Assembly: GCA_028534125.1 (NCBI GenBank)
Contig: CM052840.1
Coordinates: forward strand, 1,426,001 to 1,490,000
Length of the DNA stretch: 64,000 nt
Origin: Lama glama
Lineage: Eukaryota
Direction: 5' to 3'
Shown: in pieces, positions 13,036-26,061 of the stretch
Layout of the letters: each line of letters starts with the position of its first letter
How positions within the stretch are numbered: the stretch's first letter is position 1
Position numbers and translations under genes: made by a program
The notes under the pieces: generated by a model
What the model was told of the DNA's origin: nothing
The model's input: the letters and a program-made list of their open reading frames with translations, nothing else
The model's database searches: none

Positions 13036-13647
13036 AAGCTTTTGCTCTTAGCCAGCGTGCTTTCTTGTTTTGTGTGTGAGTAGAATACCTCCCCACCCCA
13101 TAGAAGTGGGGGGGGGGGATCATGAGACACCTGGGTAACTGGAATTTAAAGTTACTGGATTTTAATGAACTGCGTTTGTCCCATGTCAACTAGCCTTACA
13201 ATTAAGAATTAAATCACTTGGTCATGTCCTGAGTATATTTTAAAATCTTGGTTTACAAAAGCCCTGTACAGTCCCATTTCCATGACCCTAAGTCCTCATC
13301 CCTCACTGGTAGTCTATGTTGATAATCTTCTAAGTCGCCCAAGTTCCTCACCCATGAAACTCATTGCCCTTTATTGAAATCAGTTGCATGTTAACGTATT
13401 AGGCTGTAAGACATCCACCGTGCCTTTCCTTTTCACCTCTGTGCTCTCAGTGCCTGGTGTAGTGCCTGGCGCCTGGTAGGCACCCCACACACCACTGTGG
13501 AAAGAAAGAGTGCGTAGGCTCCTCATCTCTAAACCCTTCACCAGGATCAAACTGGTTTTACAGTCTGCTGCCAGGTGAATATCTCAAACACTGCGATGAT
13601 CAGTTTACTTCCTCGCACAAAAACCTTCGAGGACTCTCCACTGCATT

Positions 13648-13738
13648 CTTTCTTTCTTTTTAATGGCAGTACTGGGGAATGAACCCAGGACCTTGTGCAC
13701 AGACCTTGTGCATGCTGAGCATGAGCTATCCCTACCTG
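13648..13738 (-). mobile_element. Camelid SINE, internally rearranged
   Basis: gtactggggaatgaacccaggaccttgtgca..; GACCTTGTGCA present twice. Confidence 0.8.
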
Positions 13739-14075
13739 GCTCCATTGCCTTCTGAGAAGCCTAGCTCCTTAGCCCAGTATTCAAAAGCAAGTTCTGTCTC
13801 TAGCTCTCCCATCCTTCCCCTCACCGGACCTTTCATTTCCATGACATCTTTGGAACTAGTGAGTCAGACCTACAGTGAAATCCTGTCACGGCCACTTGTT
13901 AACTGCTTGATTAGAGGCACAAGTTGCTTAAACCTTATAAGCCTTAGTTTTCTCACCTGTGAAATGGGCGTGCTGCTACTCTGCAGAAGTAGTGGCAGGG
14001 GCTTACAAAGAACACATTTAAGCACCTGGGTTATTGCAGGGCCTGATGTACGAGAGTGGTCATTTGCTCCTGTCG

Positions 14076-14238
14076 CAGGTTTACCAGGTTAAGTAAATAG
14101 AAATCTAGGTTACATCAGAATTTCACATAAATGACAACTGGTTTTTAACATAATATAATTTAATATAATTTTAATGTAATACTTTAAATATAAATATTCA
14201 AATTTAACTGGGCAGTCTGGATTTTATCTGGCAACCTC
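14076..14238. mobile_element. MER53-like palindromic MITE
   Basis: Terminal inverted repeats aggtttaccag / ctggcaacct around an AT-rich core, including aaatattcaaatttaactggg. Confidence 0.65.
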
Positions 14239-17200
14239 TGATGTGTGGTTTATCAACCACACCCCAGTCTGCAAGCATGGATCTCTTTTGTCTCTGCTTG
14301 AATGCCCTGAACTCCACCAAAACCTGCCACCCTTTTGCAGGACTGGTTCAAAGACCTTCTCTCTCACCAGGTTTTCTCTGGCACCCTTGGACAGTTCCGA
14401 TTTCTTCTTCCTTTCCACTCCCATGTGCAAAGGGCAGACTGATCATGTGTCATTTACATGCTTCCTTCTACTCTGGACGTGTATGCCCGGTGCCTTTCCC
14501 CCTCGGAGCCTGGAAGCTTCCTGAGCCCACAAGCCACGCCTGGTAGGCCACCTCGTGCTTTGCACTCAAGAGGTGCCCGATTGCTATTTGTTAAATGAAA
14601 AACACGAGACTCAATTGTCCTAAATCTGAGCTACTTTCTGTTTTCATTTTCAGGGTGGATTTCCCGTTCTAAATCCTGGAATCCGGGCACCACTGACATA
14701 TGGGGCTTTTAAGAGATTTAACTGAAATCTTCCAATTTAGGATAAAGGGGAGAAATATTCAATCTTTTCTTTCTTTGAACAAGGAAATGAATTGAAAAAG
14801 AAAATAAAAGACTCAGCATTGGCAAAACACTGGTTACACAATAAAATAATTACAGCATTCAATGAAAACATCTCCGTGTGAACGAAGTTCTCTTCTTGTG
14901 TGCACAGGCAGACAGATGTATTCCAGCATCTGTCTGACTAGGTTTGTACTGAAAAGAGAAAAATGAAATCTCCCGGGCACTGTTTGCCAAGGGATTTGCT
15001 CCCCTCCTTTGTCTGTTCTGACTAATCCCAGGGTGGCTGAGAGCTGCCCATTTTGTCTCTGGGTTCAGGCAGGAGGGAAAATTCTTTTCCAAAATAGCCC
15101 AGGAGATGGCGGGGCTCCGAGCCGGGATTTGGGGAAGGACAAAGGGATCGTGAGGGCATTTTGTGCAGGGGGTCTGTCTGGATCAGGGGCCTGTTGTTTG
15201 GGAGGCGTCTGCCGTTTTCACATCTTACGGTAATCCTGTATCGACCGCCGCCTGGCGCTCCTTCCTGCCCACTTAGACTGTCCCTCCCCGCAGTGCCCTC
15301 TGATGTCAGGCCCCCTGTTTTACTGCTCTAATTCAACGGCTTCTAATTGGATGCTCTGCCTGGCTAATGGCTTCTTCCCAACAGCCGAGCTGACATTTAC
15401 TTACTTGATTTCCACCCCTCCCTGTGCTCTCTGGCCTCTTTTGTGAGCAAGAGCTTAAATTAGGCAGGATTTCAGGCCCAGCACCTTTTTATATTCCAGC
15501 TTGGGCCTCTTTTGGAGGGGGACTGGGGTGGCTAAGTAGAGAAGAGCCTTGGAAATAGACCCTGGGCCGATCAATCCTGACACCTGCAGATAAACCCAGC
15601 TTTGTGACCTACCTGTATCCTGGAACCCCGGCGGACTCTGGGCTGCCTTCCTTTGTTTGCTCTTTAACCTGGACCCCAGCCTGCTAATTTCAGCTGGAAC
15701 ATGCTTTCTTTGTCTCATCACTTACCATCAGACCACTGCCAAAAGAGCCGCTGCTCGTTTTCATCATTGGAAAGGTTCCCGGCTGAACTTTAGACCCTCT
15801 CATCACTAGGATTTCACACTTAGAACTGTAATTTAGGGCTACTGCCTTCTGAATGGCTATCTTCGTTGTCACAACCCCAACTCACACCCTTCTCTTCCCT
15901 GTCCCTAGATGTGAGCATCTTTGGAGAGATGAGGGAAGGAATCCTGAAAGGATTCCACATCCGAAACATCCTCACCCTATCATCTTTGCATCTGTCTCTC
16001 ACTCAGTCTTATATCCCCAAACAAAACAGAACAGGAAGACCAGCCAGTGACCCCAAACACTTGCCTAGAATGCATACTCACAGATTGAGATTAAAAATAT
16101 TCTCAGATTATGGATTATGGGATTTATTTATTTGTAAGCATCACTCCATGGACAAACACAAACAAGGAAGCTCCCCTTTGATCTGGGGCCATTTGGCAGC
16201 CTGCTTCCATCTCCAGCATCACCCAGGCAGCTATCATTTAGGCAGACTGTTCGCTTGCGGTCTAAAATCTGTCTCTAGGGATCAGTTTCACTTGACTCTT
16301 AATTATTTTCCACTTTCCACCCCCTCCAGTCCCTTTGCACACGTGCATGTGCACATGCGCACACACACACAAAACTGCTCTTTAACTGGACCGTAGCACT
16401 CTCTGTAAGGCGTCTCTAATGTGGTACACAGTCCATTCCTGGGCTGCTCTGAGGGACGGCTGTCTCCCTGGGCCAATGCTTCATTAGGTGTGACAGCCGG
16501 CAGCCAATGGTCACCGTGCCACCCTGCTCAAGGGCCAAAGTGCAGCTGGGTGTGGTGGGGGGCGTCTGGGAGACAAAGGGCAGAGGCAGCGGTGGTGAGA
16601 CGGGCCCTGGAACTGATGTATAAAGTAAACTGGAGTGCTGTTCAGTTTCTTGTGCCAGGTTATGAAATGAGGAGCTGGGTTAATAAAGGAAACTCAGTTA
16701 CCCAGGTGTTGCCTCTGCAACTGAGAGATTGATGTTCTAGCCTCAGGAAACATCCAGAATGTCTGAGTCTCAGAGGTGGCCTGTTACCTACACAGTCATT
16801 GTGGCCTGTGTACCAGCACCTTCCCCTGTGCAATCCTCCTCCTCTACTGCCAGTGTTCACTCTCTTTCCTGTCTTCGTGGGGAGAGGGTCAGGGAGTAAG
16901 AAGGGAAGAAACATCTCTCATGTTTCAGACACACACGACTGATATACCTGGTTATAGAAACTCATATAAAAATCAGGGTGTCATTTACATACAGCAAAAT
17001 CCACAATTTGATGGGTTTTGACAAATGTATACACCCTTATAACCATGACGCCATCAAATATAATCTCATGATCCACCCCCCCCCATTTAATCCCCATGAG
17101 ACAGATTAGTGTTGTTGGCTCACTTTTACAGCTGGGGAAACACGGAGGACCAGGAAGACTGATGACCATAGCACTGATAATGGTAAGCACCACGGGCTGG

Positions 17201-17848
17201 GCCCCGTCCGAAGCCTTTTGCACATCCTGCATCATTTAATGTCCCCACGGTCTCATTAGCCCCATATTAGAGGAAGAAACTTGCCCAGCGTCTCTCAGCT
17301 GAATAGCTGGAGTGGGATTCTGGTGCTCAGTTTACGTTCTCACCCCAACAGCACCTTCTCCTCAGGAAGTTAAAAAATGTTCCCCTCGTTAGATTTTCAT
17401 CTACTCCAGAGAGACAGTCCCCGCAAAACAGAACTTAAAGTCACAGAACGGAGAAGCCACATGTCCCAAATCTCTGCCAGTCCCCCCCACTGGCTTTCTT
17501 TAAGCTCCAGACAGTCTGCTCTAACCCCATGGACGGAAGAGGCGGGGCTTAAAACGCAGCCTTGTTTGGTTACCCCTTGAAACGCTGTGCTTTTCATCTC
17601 AGAAACTTCTGGGGGCCCTCTCCCCAAGCAAAGTGATCCAGATCGCCCTGAAAGGTTCGGCACGACCTGGAGGGACGTGCCGAGCTCTGCCAGGAGCTGC
17701 TCTCCCTCTCTGAACACTGACGCGCCCTCCGTGCGTGGACGGGCAAAGTTGTGCGGTGGCTACCTGGGACTCTGAGCTGAAAAGGTCAACCCACCCCTCT
17801 GCCTTTTACCCACAGCCCCACCACCCCCGAGTGGGGAAACCAGCAATC

Positions 17849-17889
17849 ATTGGATTAGGGCTGATGTGGACGTTTGCTCTTTGTATAAA
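17849..17889 (+). promoter_or_regulatory. Candidate distal KLHDC8A core promoter (inverted CCAAT 17849-17853, TATAAA 17884-17889)
   Basis: Motifs seen directly upstream of a GC-rich stretch that ends in a perfect splice donor. Confidence 0.45.
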
Positions 17890-17914
17890 GCCCTGGCAGT
17901 GAGGCCAAGGACGG

Positions 17915-18391
17915 CCCCTTTCTCTCTCCCATCTGGCAGAGGAGTCCGGGCCTTAAACCTTTTTGTTGGTTGGTTTCCATGGCAGTCATTGTCTGAGTGT
18001 GTGAGCGCGTCCGCCCCCTCACCCTCTCTCCTTCCAGAGCGGGCCCTCGCGGCTGAGGCACGGAGCAGGGAGAGGCAGGCACAGCCTCCAGGGCTCCTTC
18101 ACGAGAGGGCTGAGGTCCTCCTGGGGGCGGGGGCGGGGGGCATGTTCCTGGAGCTCAGGGACCCCTGCACTTCTGTGCATTCAGGGAGGTGCCCACTGCA
18201 TAGGGCCTGGCTGCATCCCAGTTCATCGGCCAGAGGAAGCAGCAGGGGATTCGTCGGTCCAGGAGGAAGCCCTTGGGATCTTGGGGACCCTGCTGAATCT
18301 GCCCTCAACCTGCTTTGAGGAGGAGACTCCAGCCCCCTCTCCTCCTTTGTCTTTGGCAGGTGATCACTCGATGTCCCTTTCCCCTGGTCAG
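17915..18391 (+). other. KLHDC8A: Putative non-coding first exon of KLHDC8A (start approximate)
   Basis: Perfect donor CAG|GTAAGT at 18391/18392, ~13 kb upstream of the ATG exon. I recall human KLHDC8A having a distal non-coding exon 1 at a similar distance. Confidence 0.55.
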
Positions 18392-18814
18392 GTAAGTTTT
18401 ATTTCATTCCATCTCTGCAGAATGTCATCTTGGCTTTCCCAGTGCCTGCTGCTGGGGAGACAGGCAGTGGTGTTAGAGACAGGCTGGCGTAGGACTGAAG
18501 GGGTGGGGGTCTCTAAGTGCCTTTCCTCCTTAGCTAGGCATCGCTGGCTTTGCAGTTAAAGGTTCCTTCCCAGCTGGTTTTAACCTAGATAACTAACTTC
18601 AAAGATCACCATCTCTGGCACAGACCGACCAACATCCAGCCAACAACCAGAACTTCTAGCTTCTGGTCTGAATTCAGCTCAACTTACTGATTATCAGCTA
18701 TGTACAAGTTGCTGTGCTTGGCTTCAGAGGGGCGGCAGGAATGACACACAATACAGCGCCTGCCTTCAGAATGCTTTCCGCCTGGAAAGACAGAACCTCT
18801 ACACTGATGGCATG

Positions 18815-19025
18815 TGGACTCTGGGGCCAGGCAATCTGGATTTCACACCCTATTCTGGCCCTGTGAGCTTGGGCAGGTCACTTAACCTCCCTAAGCCTCA
18901 GTTTCCTCATCTGCAAAGTGGGGATAATTGTACCTACCTTATAGGCTAAATTATACACACATATATAAAACTTAGATCAGCTCATGACACATAATAATCA
19001 CCATATACTTGTTAACAATGATTAT
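18815..19025 (+). mobile_element. MIR
   Basis: ctgtgagcttgggcaggtcacttaacctccctaagcctcagtttcctcatctgcaaagtggggataat. Confidence 0.85.
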
Positions 19026-20659
19026 TAAGTTCATATGAAGTTCAGATTATGTACAATATGTAATGAATTTGGCCTAGTGCTCTGAATATCAGTGGTGGTT
19101 ATTATCATGTAAGGCACAGTTACAGATAAAGTTCTTCAGAAACATGGGAGGATTACTCTTGGTGGCACTGAGTCCGAGCACTGAAGAAGGAGTATTTCAA
19201 CAAGCAGGGGTGGTATATGTAGCAGAGAGCTCCAAGCCCCGGTGCGGCAGCAGGAAATGAGAGGCCTTCTGGGCACCAGCTCTAGAGCGGTTTGACTGGA
19301 GACCAGGCACTGAGCTTGACCGAGAGGATGAGCTGGACTTTGGGCCCCAGCATCTTGAGGACAAGGGCCAAGTCTAGGGTGTGACATTGTGAATCCTAGA
19401 GTAACCAGCCTGGCACCAGAAGGACAGGGATTGTAATACTTGGAAGGGATCCCCGCTGGGAGCCCTGAGACCGAGATCCAGGTCCTGGCTGAGCTTCCAG
19501 TTGAACTGGGTGCTCTGAGGCTAATCCCTTCACCTCCTCTGGGTTTGTTTCCTTACCTGTGACGTGGGGATAATAAAACTTGGTGCACCACACAATTTTA
19601 CTAGAATTATTAACCATGGCATATGAATGTGAAATTATAAATCAGTGTGTAAAGCGCAAAGTACTATTCTTCAAGATAAGGAGGAGTTAGTGTGTCATCT
19701 GCACAGCTCTGGGGGGAAATGCAGAGGAAGAAATCATTTAACAAGGAGACTTATGAAAATCGTCCAATACAAGGCCCGACTCAAAACAGCAGTTGAATGA
19801 ATGATCTCTCCCGTAATTGAGTGGTTAACTTATTCATTCATTAATTCAACAAATATTCCTGGAATTTCCATTGCATGCCGGGCATTAGGCTGGGTGATGG
19901 GAGAGAGTGTCAAGAGAAGAGAGGCAGAGACCCTGCCCCGCCCGAGATGCTTACAAGCAACTCAGGGAACTGGCGACCTGAGGACATCCCTGTGCTCCAA
20001 ACCAGCAGCTTCCATCCTGCTGGCCATCTTCCAGTTTCTTTCAAGGATTGTTGCTGTTGGACATTTATTTTTAGTTGACTTTAGGCTCCTAAGACACACA
20101 CCCCCTCCATGGGTCTTGAGAACACCTCCTCTCTGCCCTCTGCTGGTGGCAGTTGTGAGGGCTTTGCAGTAAACAGCTCGAAGTGCATTACTCATAAATG
20201 CCATGCATTCCTGCTGCCTTCCACCACCCCTGAGATGAACCGAAGTGCCTTAATATTTAAAGAGGACTGAATTTGTAATTAGCACCTTAACTGTTATATC
20301 AGAGCCATTCCAGAGGTTTTCTATTTAAATGCAAATTGAATCTTCCCGAAGGAAAGCTAATAAGTGATGAAAATAGATAGCAAAAGATGAGGAAGCAGGA
20401 GGGAGGTGGCGCTGACGCGGCGGCGTCCCTGTTGTGATGTTGACTTGCTGCCTGCAGCCCATGCTCCCCTCACCTAGAGACCAGGCTCTGAGGATAACGG
20501 AGCCTGAGATGGGGTCTGGCTCCCTGGAGCCTGAGTCTCAATTCCTGTTCGTGAAGATGCCCAAATCAGCAGCCATTTGGCTGGGTCCTCACTGAGCTGC
20601 TGGAGGTCAACTTAGAATCCTGGTGGCCTGGAGAAGATACTGGTTTTGGAAGGATAGTT

Positions 20660-20860
20660 TCAGACAAAACGGGGTTTGAATCCAGAATCCTCTTCTTATT
20701 AGCCATAGGAGCTTGGGCGAGTTTCCTAATCTCTCTGAGCCTCCGTGCCTTCGTGATGTAAACAACTGTTAATGCTTGTTCCTCTCAAGATTGCTGTAAA
20801 GATTATGTGATATACAGAGAAAATGTGCCTGCTACAGAGTAGGTGCCCAACAACTGTTGG
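20660..20860 (+). mobile_element. MIR
   Basis: ggtttgaatcc..gagcttgggcgagtttcctaatctctctgagcctc. Confidence 0.7.
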
Positions 20861-20968
20861 TTCCCTTCCATTGTCACCTACTACTGCTGCACCAATTTCA
20901 TGTCAAGGTGAGCAAGAAGCAGACTAGCGAGAAAAAAGTGGCATCCTTCTGTTTCCTGCCTAAGGTGG

Positions 20969-21316
20969 AGGGTGAGGCACAAACGTTTTCCATTAAGGGC
21001 GCCAGACAGTAAACACTTCACAGTTTGCGGGCCATACACGCTCTGTCACAGCNNNNNNNNNNNNNNNNNNNNNNNNNNNNNNNNNNNNNNNNNNNNNNNN
21101 NNNNNNNNNNNNNNNNNNNNNNNNNNNNNNNNNNNNNNNNNNNNNNNNNNNNNNNNNNNNNNNNNNNNNNNNNNNNNNNNNNNNNNNNNNNNNNNNNNNN
21201 NNNNNNNNNNNNTTCCCCCAACCATTTAAAACTGTAAAACCCGTTCTCAGATTACATGCAGTACAAACACAGGTGGAGGGCTGGATTTGGCCCATGAGTC
21301 ACGTTTGCTAACCCCC
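20969..21316 (+). mobile_element. MER58-like hAT MITE (contains N gap 21053-21212)
   Basis: ggcacaaacgttttcc..taaggg..ccagacagtaaa..gggccata..ggatttggccc..tttgctaacccc. Confidence 0.75.
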
Positions 21317-21817
21317 GCCCTGAAGTATCACAAGAGCCCTTCACCTGTGATCTGGGGGAGTCTGCACCGAGGAACCTCTCGGAACGTAACTCCTGAGGCT
21401 GGGACTGCAGAGGAGGGATGTCATCCAAAGAAGAAAATAGCCCTTTCAGGGCCGGGACTGCCAAGGACAAAAGGACACACAGGGTCCCTGGTGGTGACCT
21501 CTGCTGGGGTGCCAGCCTTTAAGTCAGGGCAGGAATAGAGGTATCATTCTACTTCTTGCCTAGTGACGTCCAGGAAGGACTGAGGTTCGTGGACAGGCAG
21601 CCATCTCCTGGTGACAGGCGAGGGATGGGTGCTCAGGGGCTTGGGCCATGGCTATCTCCTCCGCTGGGAAAGCGGTACAAGTTCCTTGGGATCCTCAGAC
21701 CTCCCAGGGGCACACCTGCCTACCCTGGGAGTGCCTGCTGATGAGAACGGGCAGGCCCTCTGATTCACCCGAGACTCGGCCTGTTTCTGCCTTTTCCTGG
21801 GTTCTCTTACATCCGTT

Positions 21818-21995
21818 CTTTTTCTTTAAATTGAAGTATAGTCAGTTGACAATGTTGTGCCAATGTCTCGTGTACAGCATCATGTTTCAGTCATGCATGT
21901 ACATATATACATTCGTTTCCATATTCTTTTGAATTATAGGTTACTATAAGATATTGAATATAGTTCCCTGTGCTACACAGTAGACACTTGTGGTT
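21818..21995 (-). mobile_element. Cetartiodactyl-type L1 3' end
   Basis: ttaaattgaagtatagtcagtt..tataggttactataagatattgaatatagttccctgtgcta. Confidence 0.85.
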
Positions 21996-22009
21996 TATCT
22001 TACATCTAT

Positions 22010-22155
22010 CCTTTTTTTCTTTTTTTAGTTTTTTTTGGGGGGCAGTGATTAGGTTTATTTATTTTCTTTATTTATTAATGGAGGCACTGGGGATTGAACC
22101 TGGGACCCTGTGGATGCCAAGCTTACACTCTGCCACTGAGCCATACCCTCCTCCC
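22010..22155 (-). mobile_element. Full-length camelid SINE
   Basis: Head plus bipartite tail; perfect 14-bp TSD TATCTTACATCTAT at 21996-22009 and 22156-22169. Confidence 0.92.
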
Positions 22156-22437
22156 TATCTTACATCTATTCTTAAACACACACTCACACACAAAGCCCTC
22201 TTGCAGCCAGCCCATCACATCGCCCCCCTTCTCTGTCTCTAGCACAGAAAGAACACAGGTCACCACACCAGATGGCAACCTTGCTGCTGCAGCAGATTGC
22301 CGGTCTCCCGTGGGAGGAAGGGTTAAAGCAGGGCACTGGATGATGCCAGCTCTGCAGTCCCTACCCCCTCCTCTTTAACGTGCCTCTGCCTGATCCCGTC
22401 TCCTGAATCTCTGAGGAGGAGGGCACGTGTGCACTCA

Positions 22438-22466
22438 TGTGTGTGTGTGTGTGAGAGAGAGAGAGA
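22438..22466 (+). repeat. (TG)n(AG)n compound microsatellite
   Basis: Seen directly. Confidence 0.9.
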
Positions 22467-25400
22467 TGTGAAGCACCAGAGGACAGGGGGAGACAGTGAG
22501 GAGAGACAGTGCCAGAGGGAAACCACCCCATATCTCTATAGAGGTCCCAACCAGGGTGGACAACCTCTTTCCAGCGAGAGAATGAGCCGGACCTGCTTTT
22601 CTGGTATCCATGGAGGATGGTGGGTAGAGCCATGAGGTGGAGCATGAGGCTGCTCTGTTAGAAGTTGCCCCAAGGCCTGGCAAGAAGGGAGGGGCAAAGA
22701 GGGCTGCAACCTCTGAGGGTAAATGCTCTCAGTTCTTGGCTCCGAAGAGGCTCTAGGCTGAGTGTCATCTCACACCAGTCCAACTTGTGGGCCCCCATCA
22801 CTCGTTTCCCAGTCCCATAAAAGGGCCTGGAGCCTTGGATCCCACTGCATATCAGGTTCAGACAAAATTTGGTGCTAACTGGAAGGCGGGGAAGGAGAGT
22901 CAGGCCATGAGAAGTCCTCCTCCTGATGGAAGCAGTGATGATCAATAGAAAACCAGTAAATGTGATTTATCAGGTGAACAGTACCCAGCTGGAAACGAGG
23001 ACTCTCCAGGGAGTGGGCCCGGATGGAGATGAGACAACAGCCTGAGGTTTTGTCCTTTGGATGAAATAGTTTTAATGGGAGGTGGGGGCCCCTGCAGGAG
23101 GTGAGCAGGTGAGACTTTTGTTAGAGGAAGAAGGCCTTATCCTTGGGCCTCAGAGCCTTGTGGGACTGGGCTGTGGGTCTATGGCCCTGCTCATTTAGAG
23201 CCTGCCAACGGGAGATCCAGGCCCCCCTTACTCGCCCCCCAGCAGCCGCACGCACGCCCCATCCATGACAGGCAGGCTGGCCCGTCTGCCAATCAATATT
23301 CCTTGCCGATTCCCCTGCTGGAGCAGCGGGGCTGGTGTGTAAATCATTCAGAGCCCTCTCTCAGCTCTGCCAGGACATGGAGCTCTTTTTAATTAAGAAG
23401 AATGGAGGATGCTGCTGGCTCTAGAAACGGCGGTATTAACTTACTAATGGACATTTAAAGAGCTGTGTGTGTGTTCTCTGCTGCTGCCTTCCCCAGCCTG
23501 CGGCCTCTGCTCCTCTACAGAGCTGCCCAAGCCCCCCTGCCGGCGCTGCTATCCCCTGCATTAGAAGGGGTGGAGGATAATCACCCCCCAGTGCCCCGCC
23601 AGGCCCTGGCCTCGTGGCCTGGGACAAATGGGCCCATTTTTGCCTTTAGAGGATGGGTCAGAATCAGGATGAGTTGAGCCCTGGGTCCTCTGCCCCCTGT
23701 CCTGGCAGCCTGTGGGTAGGCAACAGGCACCCCAGAAATGGCAGGGCCCACCAGGAAGCATGGTTAGGCGTCCGGGTGGCTGCCCAGGGTCTACAAGGAG
23801 CCCGCCCATTAGCAATAGCTGCAGCTCTCACAGGCCCCCGTGTCCCTGGCTGACTGGGGGACAGGGGAAGGCCCCCAGTAAAGTCCCTTCCGGTGACTGG
23901 AGCTTGGGTAGCAGGCAGCACCTACGAGAGCCGGTGAGGCAGACCTCTGTGCATCTGTACCACCCAGAAGAATGCGAAGATGTCCATTCTGGAACCTGCT
24001 TTGTCCTGGGGTTAAACGATTCTTTCTCTAGGGCTTCCCACCCTGCAGGCCCCGCGGAGGAAGAGCGCTCCAGCTTGGAGGGGGGACCTAAAGCTGCCGT
24101 CTTCTCTCTCTTCCTTCCTTCCTTCTGATTTTACAGACACCAGAGTGGATATGACTCGCCCAGAGGTGCACAGCCCTGTTATGACAAAACGTGGGCTGGC
24201 ACAGAGGTCCCCTGACTCTCAGGCCCTGTGTCTTTCCTATTTCCGGCATCTCCGGGGGAGGGGACACCACGGCCTGTCATCTCACCTCATGCTGGTGTTT
24301 TAATTTTCTGATGCTCCCCAGCAGGAGATTCTTCCTTTTTATAACACATCCCCAGGCTTTCTTTTAAGCCCCATTTCCTCTTACAATTTCCTCCATAAAC
24401 ACAGGGAAGTCGCCAAGGTCTTTCAGGGAAGGCTTCCCTTCCAGCTGTCATTATCATCCTATGCGTTAAACAGCAGAGGAGTTTGCAGCTTCCCGACTAT
24501 TTCTTCCCTAAATTGTGCAGCTCGTGAGTCTGAAAACCAAGATGACCACCCCTCCCCAGCATCCCTAATCTGTGATCCACTTTCCAATGTCCCAGTTTTA
24601 TCTAAATAGGCAGGAAGTTGCTCACAGGTGGACAGATGCGTTCAAAACCGGTATCCTTAAGTCCCCTGAGGCTCCAGGCTCCACGCCCTATGCCACGTGC
24701 CGTGTGCTATATGCTATGTACTATGCTATGTGCCACGTGCTAAGTGCTATGCTCTAGAGGAGGAGGGGGCAAGGGGGGTAATGGAAGGAATGTGACTAAC
24801 TCAGCTCTCTAATCTAGGCTGCGTGATCAGGAGGGGAAGCCCTACCACTGAGGCCATTCCGCGGGACCCCAAGGGTGGCAGTGCCGCATGAACAGATGTA
24901 GATTATGATTGTGATTATTGGCCCCTGTGTCACACCATCTCTAATCAAGTCCACTTGAGCCCAAAATCCATCCTCTGGGCTGGTGTTGGGCAGGAGGAGG
25001 CCCTAATGAGGCTTTTCCATGTCGGGTAGGAATTAACCCTTCCTTTGGTCTGCTGGCAGCCTCAGTCTTAACTGGCTGAGTCATCCTCTCTCCCCACCCC
25101 CTGAATACAGCCCGAGCTTCTGGCACGGAATAGGAAGGTGATTATCTAAAGGAAGGGCACCAGCTGTTCTCCAGATCAGAATGCTGTTTAGGCTGCAGTG
25201 GAAGGGGCTCTAGTTAGCTGGGGGGAAAGATATCCTGTCCAAGACAGAAGCCCAGAAATGGAGGGGGCGGGCCATGGTAAGGAGCCTGCCTTGTGAGACT
25301 GGCACCTGCTACTTGGGCACACTGGCCGGAGTACACAAAGTGTCAGAGGTACGGAAACCTGCTATCACAAGGGGGGAAAGCAAACTGCCCTTCACAGAGG

Positions 25401-26061
25401 ACCTACTGCGTGCCCAGGAACCATGCCTGGCACCCCGTTCCTCCCATAATGCTAGAAAGTAGATTTTCTTCTTCCCTTTTTCACAGATGAGGAACTGAGA
25501 TTCAGGGTATAAGTGACTTACTCATGGCCACACAGCCAGGGGTTGGCCAAGCAGGGTAGAGGCCCAGTCTGATTCCAGAGTCCACACACCTCCTCACTGC
25601 CCTATGACAGTGGGGCACTGCATGCAGAAAGAGAAGCACACCGGCAAGGTGATCCCAGCCTCTGGGGCTCCAGGTGGGCCCCTCCACCAGCGTGGTACCC
25701 ACAGAGGGAGGTGCCCACCGACAGGAAGGTAAACTGTATTTCTGAGGAGGGAGAAAGGAGCTACTACAGCCCTTAATAAACAACTCCTCTTTCCCTGCCC
25801 CCCAGATGTGCCCTGCACTTGGCACCCCGCCAGTCCCTTGAGGCCCCCCACACAGTTGCTCCATCCATGGTTGGCTACGCTGGGAATGCGACTGGTTTAC
25901 TAGGAATAAGAAACTGTCCCCTCACCCACACATTCAGCTTCCCCATTACCTACCACAGAGTTCAGTGAAAGCTGGCCCCTGAATAGCTAATAAACTCGGT
26001 CGATGCTGAGTCAGACTGCATTTTTATTGTATGGAAATTAGATCTTAATAAACCCAAGACA

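Noticed and set aside
1-17000. LEMD1 coding exons or MIR135B
   Set aside because: No LEM-domain or transmembrane exon and no miR-135 sequence recognised; they should lie upstream of the window.
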